DNA of 64,000 bases from an uncultured Candidatus Saccharibacteria bacterium (GTDB lineage: Bacteria > Patescibacteriota > Doudnabacteria > UBA920), in contig CAYQEU010000001.1 of NCBI GenBank assembly GCA_964416765.1, positions 276,480 to 340,479 of the forward strand, read 5' to 3'. Under the pieces are notes generated by a model. That model saw only the letters and a list, made by a program, of their open reading frames with translations. It was not told where the DNA came from and did no database searches. Both the position numbers and the translations under genes were made by a program. Positions 46,968 through 56,319 of the stretch are shown piece by piece (the stretch's first letter is position 1; each line of letters begins with the position of its first letter).

Positions 46968-48147
46968 CGATTACAAGAAAAATTCCGTCATTTTAAAGCC
47001 TGAACGGGACAAGCATGTCCGAAACAAGCACCCTTGGGTCTTCATGGGTGCCATTGCGTCATACCCCGAATTTGAAGATGGTGACATATTGCCTGTGGTT
47101 ACCGCCAAAGGCGAATTTGTTGGGTATGGGTATTTTCATAAAGGCCAGTCCATTGCCGGCCGGATGTTCAGTTTTACCGATGACTACCCTATTCACTCCT
47201 TGGCCAAAAATATAAAAAACGCGATTGCCTTGCGCGCAAAGATTATTCCGCCGGACACCAATGCTTACCGTTTGATTAATGGCGAAGGCGATGATCTGCC
47301 CGGATTGATAGTTGACCGCTATGCCGACGTATTGGTTATGCAAATCAATACTTTAGGGATGGAAAAGTTGAAGCCGTTTTTACTGGAAACGTTGAAAAAG
47401 GAACTGGGCGGTTTGCCGGTTTATGAAAAATCTGGTTCCCAAACGAGGCGGCGCGAAGGCCTGCAAGAATTTGAGGGTTGGATTGACGGGCAAGGGCCAG
47501 CCGCGGTGGAAATAATCGAGCATGGCATCAAGTTCAAAGTCGTCCTTGAAGGCAGCCAGAAAACCGGTTTTTTCCTCGACCAGCGGGAAATGCGCCAAAT
47601 GGTGCGCGGCTTGGCGAACGGTCGCAACGTGCTCAACTGTTTTTCGTACACCGGCGGTTTTAGCGTCTACGCTGCCGCGGGCGGAGCTGAGAAGGTTGAC
47701 TCCGTTGATATTTCTGATTCAGCGGTGGCGGGGGCGAGGGAAAACTTTAAAATCAATAATCTGGAAGAAAAAGCCGGCGGATTTTACACCCAAGACGTGC
47801 TGGAATTCCTCCATGTCAGGACTAAGCCTGGCCAATATGATTTTATTATTTTAGACCCGCCAGCCTTCGCAAAACGGGCCAGCGACGTACATAATGCAAG
47901 CCGGGGATACACCCAGCTCAACCAGGCCGCCATGGAGAAGCTACCGGCGGGCGGCTTTTTGCTGACCAGTTCGTGCTCCGCGCACATTCCGGCTGATTTG
48001 TTCCAGACCCTGATATTCCACGCGGCCAAGCACGCGGGCCGTAACGTCAAAATAATAAGCCGCCATGTTATGGCGGCCGACCATCCGGTGAGCTTGTTTT
48101 ACCCCGAAGGTGACTATCTTAAAAGTTTGCTGGTATACGTTGAATAA
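46957..48147 (+). CDS. rlmI: Class I SAM-dependent rRNA methyltransferase (RlmI/RlmK-like, PUA + MTase).
   Basis: N-terminal PUA-like domain plus FSYTGGFSVYAA and IILDPPAFAK motifs. Confidence 0.75.
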   Translation: MDVSDYKKNSVILKPERDKHVRNKHPWVFMGAIASYPEFEDGDILPVVTAKGEFVGYGYFHKGQSIAGRMFSFTDDYPIHSLAKNIKNAIALRAKIIPPDTNAYRLINGEGDDLPGLIVDRYADVLVMQINTLGMEKLKPFLLETLKKELGGLPVYEKSGSQTRRREGLQEFEGWIDGQGPAAVEIIEHGIKFKVVLEGSQKTGFFLDQREMRQMVRGLANGRNVLNCFSYTGGFSVYAAAGGAEKVDSVDISDSAVAGARENFKINNLEEKAGGFYTQDVLEFLHVRTKPGQYDFIILDPPAFAKRASDVHNASRGYTQLNQAAMEKLPAGGFLLTSSCSAHIPADLFQTLIFHAAKHAGRNVKIISRHVMAADHPVSLFYPEGDYLKSLLVYVE

Positions 48148-48163
48148 TACCAGGATAGCGGGG

Positions 48164-49471
48164 CTATTTCGCCGGTTTTACGCCCTGGACCAGAACTATT
48201 TTGATTGTCCGGTCAGCGGATTCACGCACCACAAACTGCGCGCCCTGGTAATCCACGGTTTCGCCGGGGTTGGGGAAGTGCTCCAGCTTTTCCAGGATAA
48301 ATCCTGACACCGTGGTGTAGTCTTCATCTTCCGGCAGCTGGAGGGAAAAATATTTGTTAAAATCCACCACTGAAACGTTTCCAGCCACGAGATAGTCATC
48401 ACCGGATTTTTTTATGGTTTCCAACACTTCATCGGTTTCATCCGCAATCTCGCCCACAATCTCCTCAAGGATATCTTCCAGGGTAACCAAGCCGGCGATT
48501 TGTCCATGCTCATCCGTTACCAACGCCATGTGGGATTTTTTCCCTTGGAGCAGTTTAAGGACCCGTCTAATTTTCATGGTATCAGGTACAAACAGCGGCG
48601 GTACCAGGAAAGTCCGCAGGTCAAGCTGATCAGGGTTTTCACCCAGAGACGTCAATAACTTTTTGGTATATAGGACGCCAATCATGCTGTTGAAGTCTCC
48701 CTGATACATGGGCAGGCGGGAATATCCCGAATCGATTGCTTTGGAAATAATTTCCGCGGCTGTTTCGCTGATGTCATACGCTGTCATATTTGCGCGCGGC
48801 ACCATAATCTTACTCACGCCTAAATCAGAAAAATTAAATACGTTTTCAATGATATTATGCTCGTGCGCTTCAATAGTCCCGACTTTGCGCCCCTCGGCAA
48901 TTAGGGAGCGGATTTCCTCTTCGGAAAGACGCCCTTCGGCGAAAGTGGTGCTGTCATTAAATGGCTTCAGGATAATGTTGGAACAAAATTCCAAAAACGT
49001 TATGAGCCAGGAAAAAACTTTAGACAAGAACCAAATGGGGTAAGCGGAAATGAGACTGAAGTTTTCCGCGTTGCGCAGGCCCAGGGACTTCGGAACTAGC
49101 TCCCCAACTATTAAGCTCAAAACCGCCACGGCAACAACTACGACTATGAAACTAATGTTATAAGAATATTGCTGGACGAAAGGTATATTGATGTAGTCCA
49201 CGTACCGCACCAGCTTTTCGGCAATGCTGGCTCCGGCAAAAGCGGAGGCGAAGATGGTGATGAGGGAAACTCCGACTTGGGTTGTAGCGAACAGCCGTTC
49301 CGGATTTTGGTGAAGTTGCTGGACAATTTTGGCACGGGTGTTGCCGGCCTTAACCAGCTCCGCGATACGGGTTTTTCGCACAGATATGAGGGCAATTTCG
49401 CTTAGGACAAAAAAGCCGTTCAATAGGGTTAGTACGAAAACTATTAATATTTCAATCCAGATATGGTTCAT
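48164..49471 (-). CDS. HlyC/CorC-family transporter (DUF21 + CBS pair + CorC_HlyC).
   Basis: Four N-terminal TM helices, tandem CBS domains and a C-terminal transporter-associated domain. Confidence 0.8.
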   Translation of the reverse strand: MNHIWIEILIVFVLTLLNGFFVLSEIALISVRKTRIAELVKAGNTRAKIVQQLHQNPERLFATTQVGVSLITIFASAFAGASIAEKLVRYVDYINIPFVQQYSYNISFIVVVVAVAVLSLIVGELVPKSLGLRNAENFSLISAYPIWFLSKVFSWLITFLEFCSNIILKPFNDSTTFAEGRLSEEEIRSLIAEGRKVGTIEAHEHNIIENVFNFSDLGVSKIMVPRANMTAYDISETAAEIISKAIDSGYSRLPMYQGDFNSMIGVLYTKKLLTSLGENPDQLDLRTFLVPPLFVPDTMKIRRVLKLLQGKKSHMALVTDEHGQIAGLVTLEDILEEIVGEIADETDEVLETIKKSGDDYLVAGNVSVVDFNKYFSLQLPEDEDYTTVSGFILEKLEHFPNPGETVDYQGAQFVVRESADRTIKIVLVQGVKPAK

Positions 49472-49514
49472 TGATGTCTGTTATTATACCACATTTTTTG
49501 CTAAAATAAGGGCT

Positions 49515-50432
49515 ATGAATGAGTACGAAATCATCCTATTTTACAAGTATATCCACCTGGAAGACCCAGAGGCCGTTGCTGATTGGCAAAGGGATCTCCA
49601 GGCGGGATTGGGCATAAAAGGGCGCACAATAGTGGCTAGCGAGGGTATTAACGCCACTATGGAAGGCACCAAGGAAAACATTGACGCATACCTGGCTGAA
49701 TTCTTAGCCGACCCCCGTTTTGCCAACACTCACATAAAGCGCAGTGCGGGCATGGGAACTGCTTTCCCCAAAACCAAGATTAAAGTCCGTAAAGAAATTG
49801 TGACTTTGGGTTTGGGTGATGCTTGTGACATCGATCCCAATGTTTTAACGGGAATTCACCTCAAACCAGAAGAACTTCATGAATGGATCCAAACAGGAAA
49901 GGAATTTTATATTGTCGACATGAGGAATGCCTATGAACACCTGGCCGGGCACTTCCAAGGGTCTATCTTGCCGCCTTTGGAGAACTTTCGGGACCTGCCG
50001 AAGTTTGTAGAATCCATTTCGCATTTAAAAGACAAGACGGTTTTGACAGTATGCACCGGAGGGGTCCGGTGTGAAAAAGCCTCGGGCTACCTCTTGAGTC
50101 AGGGTTTTAGCGACGTTTACCAGCTTGACGGCGGTATTGTCTCCTACATGGAAAAATATCCGAACGAAAATTTTGTGGGTAAGCTATATGTGTTCGACAA
50201 CAGGATCCTGATGGGTTTTTACACGGATGACCCGAGGCACCAGGTGGTGGGGGCGTGTAGTATTTGCAATAAACCCTGCGAACGGTTTACTAACTGCATT
50301 GACCCCGAGTGCCACCGCCAGGTCATTGCCTGCGAGGAATGTGAAATCAACGAAGGCCAGGCTTTCCTCTGCAAAGAAGGATGCAAAGAAGAAGCCCTAC
50401 TTGCGAAGCAGGCCAAAGCGTCCGCTCATTAA
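49515..50432 (+). CDS. trhO: Rhodanese-domain tRNA uridine(34) hydroxylase (TrhO/YceA, UPF0176).
   Basis: Rhodanese Cys motif CTGGVRCE and a C-terminal Cys-rich tail. Confidence 0.7.
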   Translation: MNEYEIILFYKYIHLEDPEAVADWQRDLQAGLGIKGRTIVASEGINATMEGTKENIDAYLAEFLADPRFANTHIKRSAGMGTAFPKTKIKVRKEIVTLGLGDACDIDPNVLTGIHLKPEELHEWIQTGKEFYIVDMRNAYEHLAGHFQGSILPPLENFRDLPKFVESISHLKDKTVLTVCTGGVRCEKASGYLLSQGFSDVYQLDGGIVSYMEKYPNENFVGKLYVFDNRILMGFYTDDPRHQVVGACSICNKPCERFTNCIDPECHRQVIACEECEINEGQAFLCKEGCKEEALLAKQAKASAH

Positions 50433-50951
50433 TCGGAATGCCAGAATTGCCGACCCGGTCACGGCCAAGCCCACAAGCGCTCCGGCCGCCACATCACCGG
50501 GATAATGATGGCCAAGGTAGACCCGGTCAAATGCCACTAAAAAAGCCCAAGCCCACACCCAATGACGGTGAGGGCTTTTAAGTTTCCATACCAAGAACAA
50601 GGCAAACGCAAAAGCAACAGCGGCTTCCGCCGAGGGGAAGGAAAATGTCGTGGGATAGGGGGTCGCGGCAAATACATTGGGCAGGGCCTGCAGGGGGCGC
50701 GGACGAGCAGAGAGAGGCTTCAGGGCCAGATCTACGATGACATCAGTAAGTGCTAGTACGACGGCCATAATGCCAGCCTTGTGGTATTTTCTGGCCGAAA
50801 GGAACAGTAGGAGAGGTAGGAGGTATATTAAAAGCCCCCGGGTGCAAAAATGAAGGATATTGAAAAAGTGGACCAGTCCCGCCGGATGAGGTAGGGAGTT
50901 AACCCAAAGGAGCAAGGTAACATCTAATTGTTGCAGAGCGTTTAAAACCAT
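50397..50951 (-). CDS. PAP2-family phosphatase.
   Basis: Acid-phosphatase motifs KxxxxxxRP, PSAE (diverged from the consensus PSGH) and YLGHHYPGDV. Confidence 0.7.
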   Translation of the reverse strand: MVLNALQQLDVTLLLWVNSLPHPAGLVHFFNILHFCTRGLLIYLLPLLLFLSARKYHKAGIMAVVLALTDVIVDLALKPLSARPRPLQALPNVFAATPYPTTFSFPSAEAAVAFAFALFLVWKLKSPHRHWVWAWAFLVAFDRVYLGHHYPGDVAAGALVGLAVTGSAILAFRLMSGRFGLLRK

Positions 50952-50985
50952 ATACTGATTATATGGATTTAGCTAAAATTAAGCC

Positions 50986-51873
50986 ATGACGAAACGGATA
51001 TCAGTGATAGTCAATGCTGGGGCGGGTGGTACAAAAATGGACCAAAAGGTGGCGGACCTTCGTCACGCATTTTCGGGTGCTGGAGTTATAGCAGATTTTT
51101 TCCTGTCCCATGAAGGGACTGACACCCGGGAAGTTACCCGGAACGCCATAAGCAAGGGCGCCCAGATAGTGGTAGCCGCGGGTGGGGACGGCACGATTAA
51201 CGCGGTCGCCGCCGAGGCACTGGAAAGTTCCACAACATTGGGAATCATCCCCTTTGGAACCTTTAACCATTTATCTAAAGATTTAGGGATTCCCCAGGAT
51301 TTAGAGAGCGCCGTAAGTCTTCTCGGTACCGGCACGGAAAAATCGATTGACGTCGCGGAAGTCAACAACCGAATATTCCTCAACAATTCCAGTATCGGGA
51401 TTTATTCTAAAATTGTCGCGACACGCCAGCGCCATGAGCGGTATGGCTACTCCAAGGGTTTTGCTTTACTGCTTTCTCTTTTGAGCCTCGTCCGACGCTA
51501 TTCCTTTGTTGAAGTCCAGATTGAAATAGAAGGGCAGACGAGAAGTTTCCGGTCGCCGCTCGTTGTTATCGGAAATAATAAGTATGAGGTGGAAGGCTTG
51601 AATTTTGGCAGCCGTGAGCGGTTGGACGAGGGGATGTTATCGTTGTTTGTCGTGAGGCACGCCGGTGTAAAAACCCTGGCCACTCTCCTGGTCCATGCTT
51701 TTAAAAAAACCCTTCGCCAGCATGACTTGTTTGAAGAGTATTTTTCGAAAGCGGTTACTGTCCGGACAAAAAAACCGGTGGTTAAGGTTGGCATTGACGG
51801 GGAGATTATTTCCGTGAGCTCACCTTTGGAATATAAATTAAGGCCGCGCGCCTTGCGTGTAATTACCAAATGA
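50986..51873 (+). CDS. Diacylglycerol/lipid kinase (YegS/DAGK catalytic-domain family).
   Basis: GGDGT motif and the NAD-kinase-like fold. Confidence 0.8.
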   Translation: MTKRISVIVNAGAGGTKMDQKVADLRHAFSGAGVIADFFLSHEGTDTREVTRNAISKGAQIVVAAGGDGTINAVAAEALESSTTLGIIPFGTFNHLSKDLGIPQDLESAVSLLGTGTEKSIDVAEVNNRIFLNNSSIGIYSKIVATRQRHERYGYSKGFALLLSLLSLVRRYSFVEVQIEIEGQTRSFRSPLVVIGNNKYEVEGLNFGSRERLDEGMLSLFVVRHAGVKTLATLLVHAFKKTLRQHDLFEEYFSKAVTVRTKKPVVKVGIDGEIISVSSPLEYKLRPRALRVITK

Positions 51874-52649
51874 ATCACCGACTCATCCAATTGTCCGATT
51901 TGCACTTTGGCACACACGACGCTTTCATCACGGAAGCGCTGGTTAAGCATGTGCAAGCACTCAAACCAGACTCTTTGGTGGTGTGCGGGGATTTAACTAT
52001 GAGGGCAAAGGTTGGTCAATTTAAGGAAGCCTCCCAATTTTTAAAAAAGTTTACTGTCCCCACCATAGTTGTCCCAGGTAACCATGACATACCGCTGTAT
52101 AACCTGTTTCGGCGATTCTATAAACCCCTGCGCCGGTTTAGAAGTTACATCGCGGCGCGGGAAGAATCCCACTTGGCCGTGGATGGACTGATTGTTATCG
52201 GACTAAATTCCAGCCGTTCGCTGACGATTAAAGGGGGAGATATTTCCAACCGCCAAATAAGAATGGTTGAAAGCATTATAGAAGGAATTCCCAAAACCGA
52301 CATCAAAATGTTGGTAACCCACCATCCCATTAACAAGATTTCCAAAAGAAAGCTCCACAAATTAGTGGAAGCCGGTATAGACATTTTCTTGTCAGGCCAT
52401 GGCCATCGTTCCTCCACTAATTTGCTGGTGAAGAAAATACGGGAGAAGGAACACACCGCTCTCATGGTTGAGGCAGGCACTTCCAGCTCCAGGCGGTACC
52501 GCGATGAACACAATTCTTTCAACTGTCTAACATTTGAAAGCCATAAGCTAATTCTGGAAACGTACACTTGGCAGGAAACCAGCATGGCGTTTGCCGTTGC
52601 TGCTTTTCGAGAGTACAAGCGTGAGTATGACCGCTGGGTCCAGATTTAG
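51870..52649 (+). CDS. Metallophosphoesterase.
   Basis: DLHFG, GDL, GNHD and GHGH motifs. Confidence 0.7.
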   Translation: MNHRLIQLSDLHFGTHDAFITEALVKHVQALKPDSLVVCGDLTMRAKVGQFKEASQFLKKFTVPTIVVPGNHDIPLYNLFRRFYKPLRRFRSYIAAREESHLAVDGLIVIGLNSSRSLTIKGGDISNRQIRMVESIIEGIPKTDIKMLVTHHPINKISKRKLHKLVEAGIDIFLSGHGHRSSTNLLVKKIREKEHTALMVEAGTSSSRRYRDEHNSFNCLTFESHKLILETYTWQETSMAFAVAAFREYKREYDRWVQI

Positions 52650-53407
52650 GCACGCATGGCCTGATCTACTGGACACCAGTAGGCCCAACGTTGCCGCTTG
52701 CCGGTTTTTTCACGGATAATTTTTTGGCCGCAATAAGGACATGTCCCTTTGCGGTGGATCTTCAGGTTTTTGCGCAAGACAAAGTCCTTCCGCCACTCGT
52801 AAAATTGCCAGGAAAAATCTCGCGCCAGTTTTACCAGTTTACGAAGCTTAGTAAGAGGCACGTCTCGCACCTTTTCCTTCGGGTTAACTTTGGCCAAAGA
52901 GAGAATTTCATTTTTTATGATATTGCCCACGCCGGCAAAGATTTCTTGGTCCAATAAAACGTCGGCAATTTGCTCGTCCGGGAGGGACTGAACAGTTTTC
53001 AGTGCTTTCTTTGCGTCCCAGGCACTAGAGAGAACATCAAGGGAAAAATCGTAATCCGAGCGGGCTTGGGAAGTTTCTATCCATTTCACGCTGCAGCTGT
53101 AACACTCAATATGGCCATTTTTGAACTCTAGTACCAAACGAGGTTCCTGAGCTTTCTTCTTATAGTCACCGGTTACGAAAACTTTTCCCACCTTGGCTTG
53201 GAAAGTCCCAAACAGCATGAAGTGTATCCGCATGGCGAAACCAGGAAACTGGAATACCAGGTGTTTTCCCCATGAAAAAATTTCCAGCACCTTTTGCTGG
53301 TCCATGCGTTCAATGCCAATTTTTGAGTTTCCGGAAACACGCATTATCTTGCGTCCGACAAACGGCCTCAATTGCTCTGAAGCCAATAGTAACGATGGTC
53401 CTTCCAT
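52646..53407 (-). CDS. Fpg/Nei-family DNA glycosylase.
   Basis: N-terminal MEGPS (the catalytic MPEGP-type N-terminus) and a C-terminal zinc finger CPYCG...CP. Confidence 0.8.
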   Translation of the reverse strand: MEGPSLLLASEQLRPFVGRKIMRVSGNSKIGIERMDQQKVLEIFSWGKHLVFQFPGFAMRIHFMLFGTFQAKVGKVFVTGDYKKKAQEPRLVLEFKNGHIECYSCSVKWIETSQARSDYDFSLDVLSSAWDAKKALKTVQSLPDEQIADVLLDQEIFAGVGNIIKNEILSLAKVNPKEKVRDVPLTKLRKLVKLARDFSWQFYEWRKDFVLRKNLKIHRKGTCPYCGQKIIREKTGKRQRWAYWCPVDQAMRA

Positions 53408-53469
53408 ATAAAATAAATCGCTCCATTAAGAGCGATTGTTACGGTCAAGCGGATGCGGAGGAGGAGGTG

Positions 53470-53865
53470 CTAAATGTAGTCTAGCAAGGGAATTAACTGA
53501 GGATAGATTGTTTCCGGATCGACTTCTTCCTTGCTGAAGAATTTAATTTCTTCGCATTCGTCTGACGGGGAAAAATCCAGCGAGGGGAAGGCGACACGGT
53601 AAAACAGCATGATACGGGCTTTCCCGCCCCGGTCTAGAGTGGGATAAGCGATAACCGGCATTTTATCTAAAATGGTAGGAGCAATTCCCATTTCTTCCTG
53701 GCACTCCCGAATTAACGCGTCTTCAAAAGTTTCATTTTTGGTGACTTTGCCGCCGGGTACTTCCCATAATCCATTCTTCTCCCGGATCATCATGAGTTTT
53801 TTATCAGCATTAAAAAACAGGGCTTTGACCGAAACATAAAAAGTTTTGTTGTTGGGGAAGTCCAT
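53470..53865 (-). CDS. NUDIX hydrolase.
   Basis: Nudix box GGKVTKNETFEDALIRECQEEMG. The start is trimmed to the Met that does not overlap the tRNA. Confidence 0.7.
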   Translation of the reverse strand: MDFPNNKTFYVSVKALFFNADKKLMMIREKNGLWEVPGGKVTKNETFEDALIRECQEEMGIAPTILDKMPVIAYPTLDRGGKARIMLFYRVAFPSLDFSPSDECEEIKFFSKEEVDPETIYPQLIPLLDYI

Positions 53866-53867
53866 AT

Positions 53868-53942
53868 TGGTAGCGCCACGGGGAATCGAACCCCGGTTCC
53901 GTGGATGAGAACCACGTGTCCTAACCACTAGACGATGGCGCC
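53868..53942 (-). tRNA. tRNA-Glu (anticodon CUC).
   Basis: GGCGCCATCGTCTAGTGGTTAGGACACGTGGTTCTCATCCACGGAACCGGGGTTCGATTCCCCGTGGCGCTACCA. Confidence 0.85.
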
Positions 53943-54421
53943 AAAAAGGTTAAAATCTTAGCTATTATAGCCATTTTTGACCCGTTAATCAACTGTTGTT
54001 ATAATGGCTTATAAAATAAAAACATGGCAAAAATAGCTCTAATTATTATCTTACTTTCATTGGTGGCGGCCGGTTGCCAAGGCGTTGAATTGAAACGCGA
54101 GCAACCGTATTCGCCTAAGGAATCGTATGACCAGCTACCACGCTAAAATAGAGTTCATGAGCATTGCCATATAGTTCCCGCGCCAGTTCGGTGCGGGCTT
54201 TTTGTTAGGAGGCTTTATCAAAGATTGCAGAGGGTACCCAAACTCATATGAGAGTGAACGCGCCAGCGTCTAGTGCCTTCCATCTCGCGGGAGGGGCGAA
54301 ACAAGGATGCGGGAGGGTTAACCCCAGCCGGGCGCCGGTGGGCATGCGGTTCAAGACCGTCGAATCTGCAATAAACTACGGGCGGCATCTGTGTCCTCTT
54401 CAGATGTCCGCCCGTTGTTTT

Positions 54422-55012
54422 TTATTCTTCAGTTGTCTCTTGTTCGGGGTCCATTTGCCGTTCGGCTTCCGGCACCGAATCTTTTAGTGCCGGAGCGTCT
54501 GGAAGCTTGATGGAGCTGGTTATAGTGTCGAAATCTGGAAGGTCACTAACGGAATTGAGCCCCATGTGCTGCAGGAACTCAGTCGTAACCTGGTAAAGAG
54601 AACCACGGGCGTCATATGGGTTGGGAATTTTTTCGATCATCCCGCGCATTAGCAGGGCGCGAAGGCTGTACTGTGAATTAACGCCGCGTATTGCCTCCAT
54701 TTCCGCTTTGGAAATAGGTTGCCGGTAGGCAATAATGGCAAGCACCTCAACAGTAGCCTCAGTCAGTTTTTCTCGCAGGTCCTGATTCAGGAAGCTTTTA
54801 ACAAGATCGCTATTCTCAGCGTTTGTAGCCATCTGGTAGTTTCCATTTGCTTCCAGAACCACTACGCCGGCATTTTGACGGTCTACTACCAACTCAGTCC
54901 CGGCCTTGCGTACTTCGCCCTCAGTCGCGCCGGTTAGCTTTGCGAGGGTTTTGTATGAAAGCGGTTTGCTCGAAACAAAGAGAAGGCTTTCAATTTTTTG
55001 CTTCAGTTCCAT
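54422..55012 (-). CDS. scpB: Segregation and condensation protein B.
   Basis: Tandem winged-helix ScpB pattern. Confidence 0.85.
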   Translation of the reverse strand: MELKQKIESLLFVSSKPLSYKTLAKLTGATEGEVRKAGTELVVDRQNAGVVVLEANGNYQMATNAENSDLVKSFLNQDLREKLTEATVEVLAIIAYRQPISKAEMEAIRGVNSQYSLRALLMRGMIEKIPNPYDARGSLYQVTTEFLQHMGLNSVSDLPDFDTITSSIKLPDAPALKDSVPEAERQMDPEQETTEE

Positions 55013-55740
55013 TAGGATTCTTCAATTACAGCCGAGGGCTGATACTTTTTAATAGTTATATCAGTAAAAAGGTTTTCCTGCTCAACGGATAAGACTCGTT
55101 GTTTGGTCAGCTCCAATAGTGCCAAAAATGTAATGATGACTTCCGGTTTGCTTTTGGCGGTTTTGAGTAAGTCATTCAAGCTAGTTTCTATTTTCTCCGA
55201 CAACAATCCCTGCAGCTCCTTAATTTTATCGCCAATAGAAATGGCTTCACGGACCTTGGCTTTTGGCAGATTGTCCAACTCTTTGAGGATTTGAACAATG
55301 CCGTTGGCGGCTGTTTGCAGATCCTCGGGGCGGAGTTCGGGGTCTGGGAGAAAGCTAATCCTTTCGGAAAACACTAAGGTACGGATAAAGCTTTGCCTTT
55401 CTAGGCCGTCCCGTTTTTTGAAGTACTTTGCCGCTTCCTTGAACTGTTGGTAAAGGATGAGGCGGGCAGCCAAATCCTCGGCGGTTTCTTCCGCGTCTTC
55501 GGTTTCAATCTCAAGGGTTGGCAGAATGGCTTTTGATTTTATGACCAGCAGCTTGGCGGCGATTGACAGGTAATCGGCTAGCGCGGTTGCGTCGATATTT
55601 TCGAGTTGTTTGACGTATGCTAAAAACTGTTCGGTTACTTCCGAAATCGCCAGCTCAGTAATGTTTAGTTTTTGTTCTTGAATTAGCGAGAGCAAAAGGT
55701 CGAGCGGGCCCTCAAACTGGTGGAGTTTAACTGACTGCAT
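55012..55740 (-). CDS. scpA: Segregation and condensation protein A.
   Basis: N-terminal FEGPLDLLLSLI motif. Confidence 0.85.
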   Translation of the reverse strand: MQSVKLHQFEGPLDLLLSLIQEQKLNITELAISEVTEQFLAYVKQLENIDATALADYLSIAAKLLVIKSKAILPTLEIETEDAEETAEDLAARLILYQQFKEAAKYFKKRDGLERQSFIRTLVFSERISFLPDPELRPEDLQTAANGIVQILKELDNLPKAKVREAISIGDKIKELQGLLSEKIETSLNDLLKTAKSKPEVIITFLALLELTKQRVLSVEQENLFTDITIKKYQPSAVIEES

Positions 55741-56052
55741 TTAGAGATTTTCTTGTTGTTTTTTGAAGAAGTTTTTGAAGGTAAGCAATAAAGCCAGGAT
55801 TAGTGCGCCGATGCCAACCACCGTCAGAACGGTTTTCCAATGACTCATGGTTTGCATAACGTATTCGTTGTAACCGCAAGGATAATTGGTTTGGTCACCC
55901 GAAACAGCTATTTGTGTGCAAACACCGTTGAAAGTGAAAGATGCTTTGGCTAGGTCGAAAAGAAACCAAAGGGAGAGAAGGGCTAACAACAGGATCAGCG
56001 ATTCCGCGAGCATACCCTTGTAAGTAACTTTTTTGTTTAGGAAGCCAAACAT
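55741..56052 (-). CDS. Small membrane protein.
   Basis: Two TM helices. Confidence 0.4.
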   Translation of the reverse strand: MFGFLNKKVTYKGMLAESLILLLALLSLWFLFDLAKASFTFNGVCTQIAVSGDQTNYPCGYNEYVMQTMSHWKTVLTVVGIGALILALLLTFKNFFKKQQENL

Positions 56053-56319
56053 TTATTTTACAACTATTGATCGATTGTAATTTCTCTTTGCAATTAAATA
56101 GTAAATAGTAGATGCAATTGCAGATAATCCCACAGCGTAAGGCCAGCCTAGTACAAGAATGAAATATATTCCTCCGACCTGAAATGCATGGGCAGTGCTT
56201 TTGTCGCTTGCGTCAATTATAGTAGCTTGGAAAAAAAGGAATACAAATATTGCTGCCAAAAGTAACAAACCTATTGTTGTGACAAAAAAGAATATCAAAC
56301 TTTTGGCAAATGGTTTCAT
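56053..56319 (-). CDS. Small membrane protein.
   Basis: Three TM helices. Confidence 0.4.
   Translation of the reverse strand: MKPFAKSLIFFFVTTIGLLLLAAIFVFLFFQATIIDASDKSTAHAFQVGGIYFILVLGWPYAVGLSAIASTIYYLIAKRNYNRSIVVK

Noticed and set aside
54290-54420. Possible tmRNA or RNase P RNA.
   Set aside because: A GATTCGACGG-like string is present on the minus strand, but there is no tRNA-like acceptor/T-arm with CCA and no GGAAAGTCCGG P4 motif. It is kept only as a generic ncRNA candidate.
54465-54500. Third partial copy of the caccgaatc loop motif.
   Set aside because: It matches only ~11 nt, lies inside the scpB coding sequence and lacks the flanking long inverted repeat, so it is probably chance.
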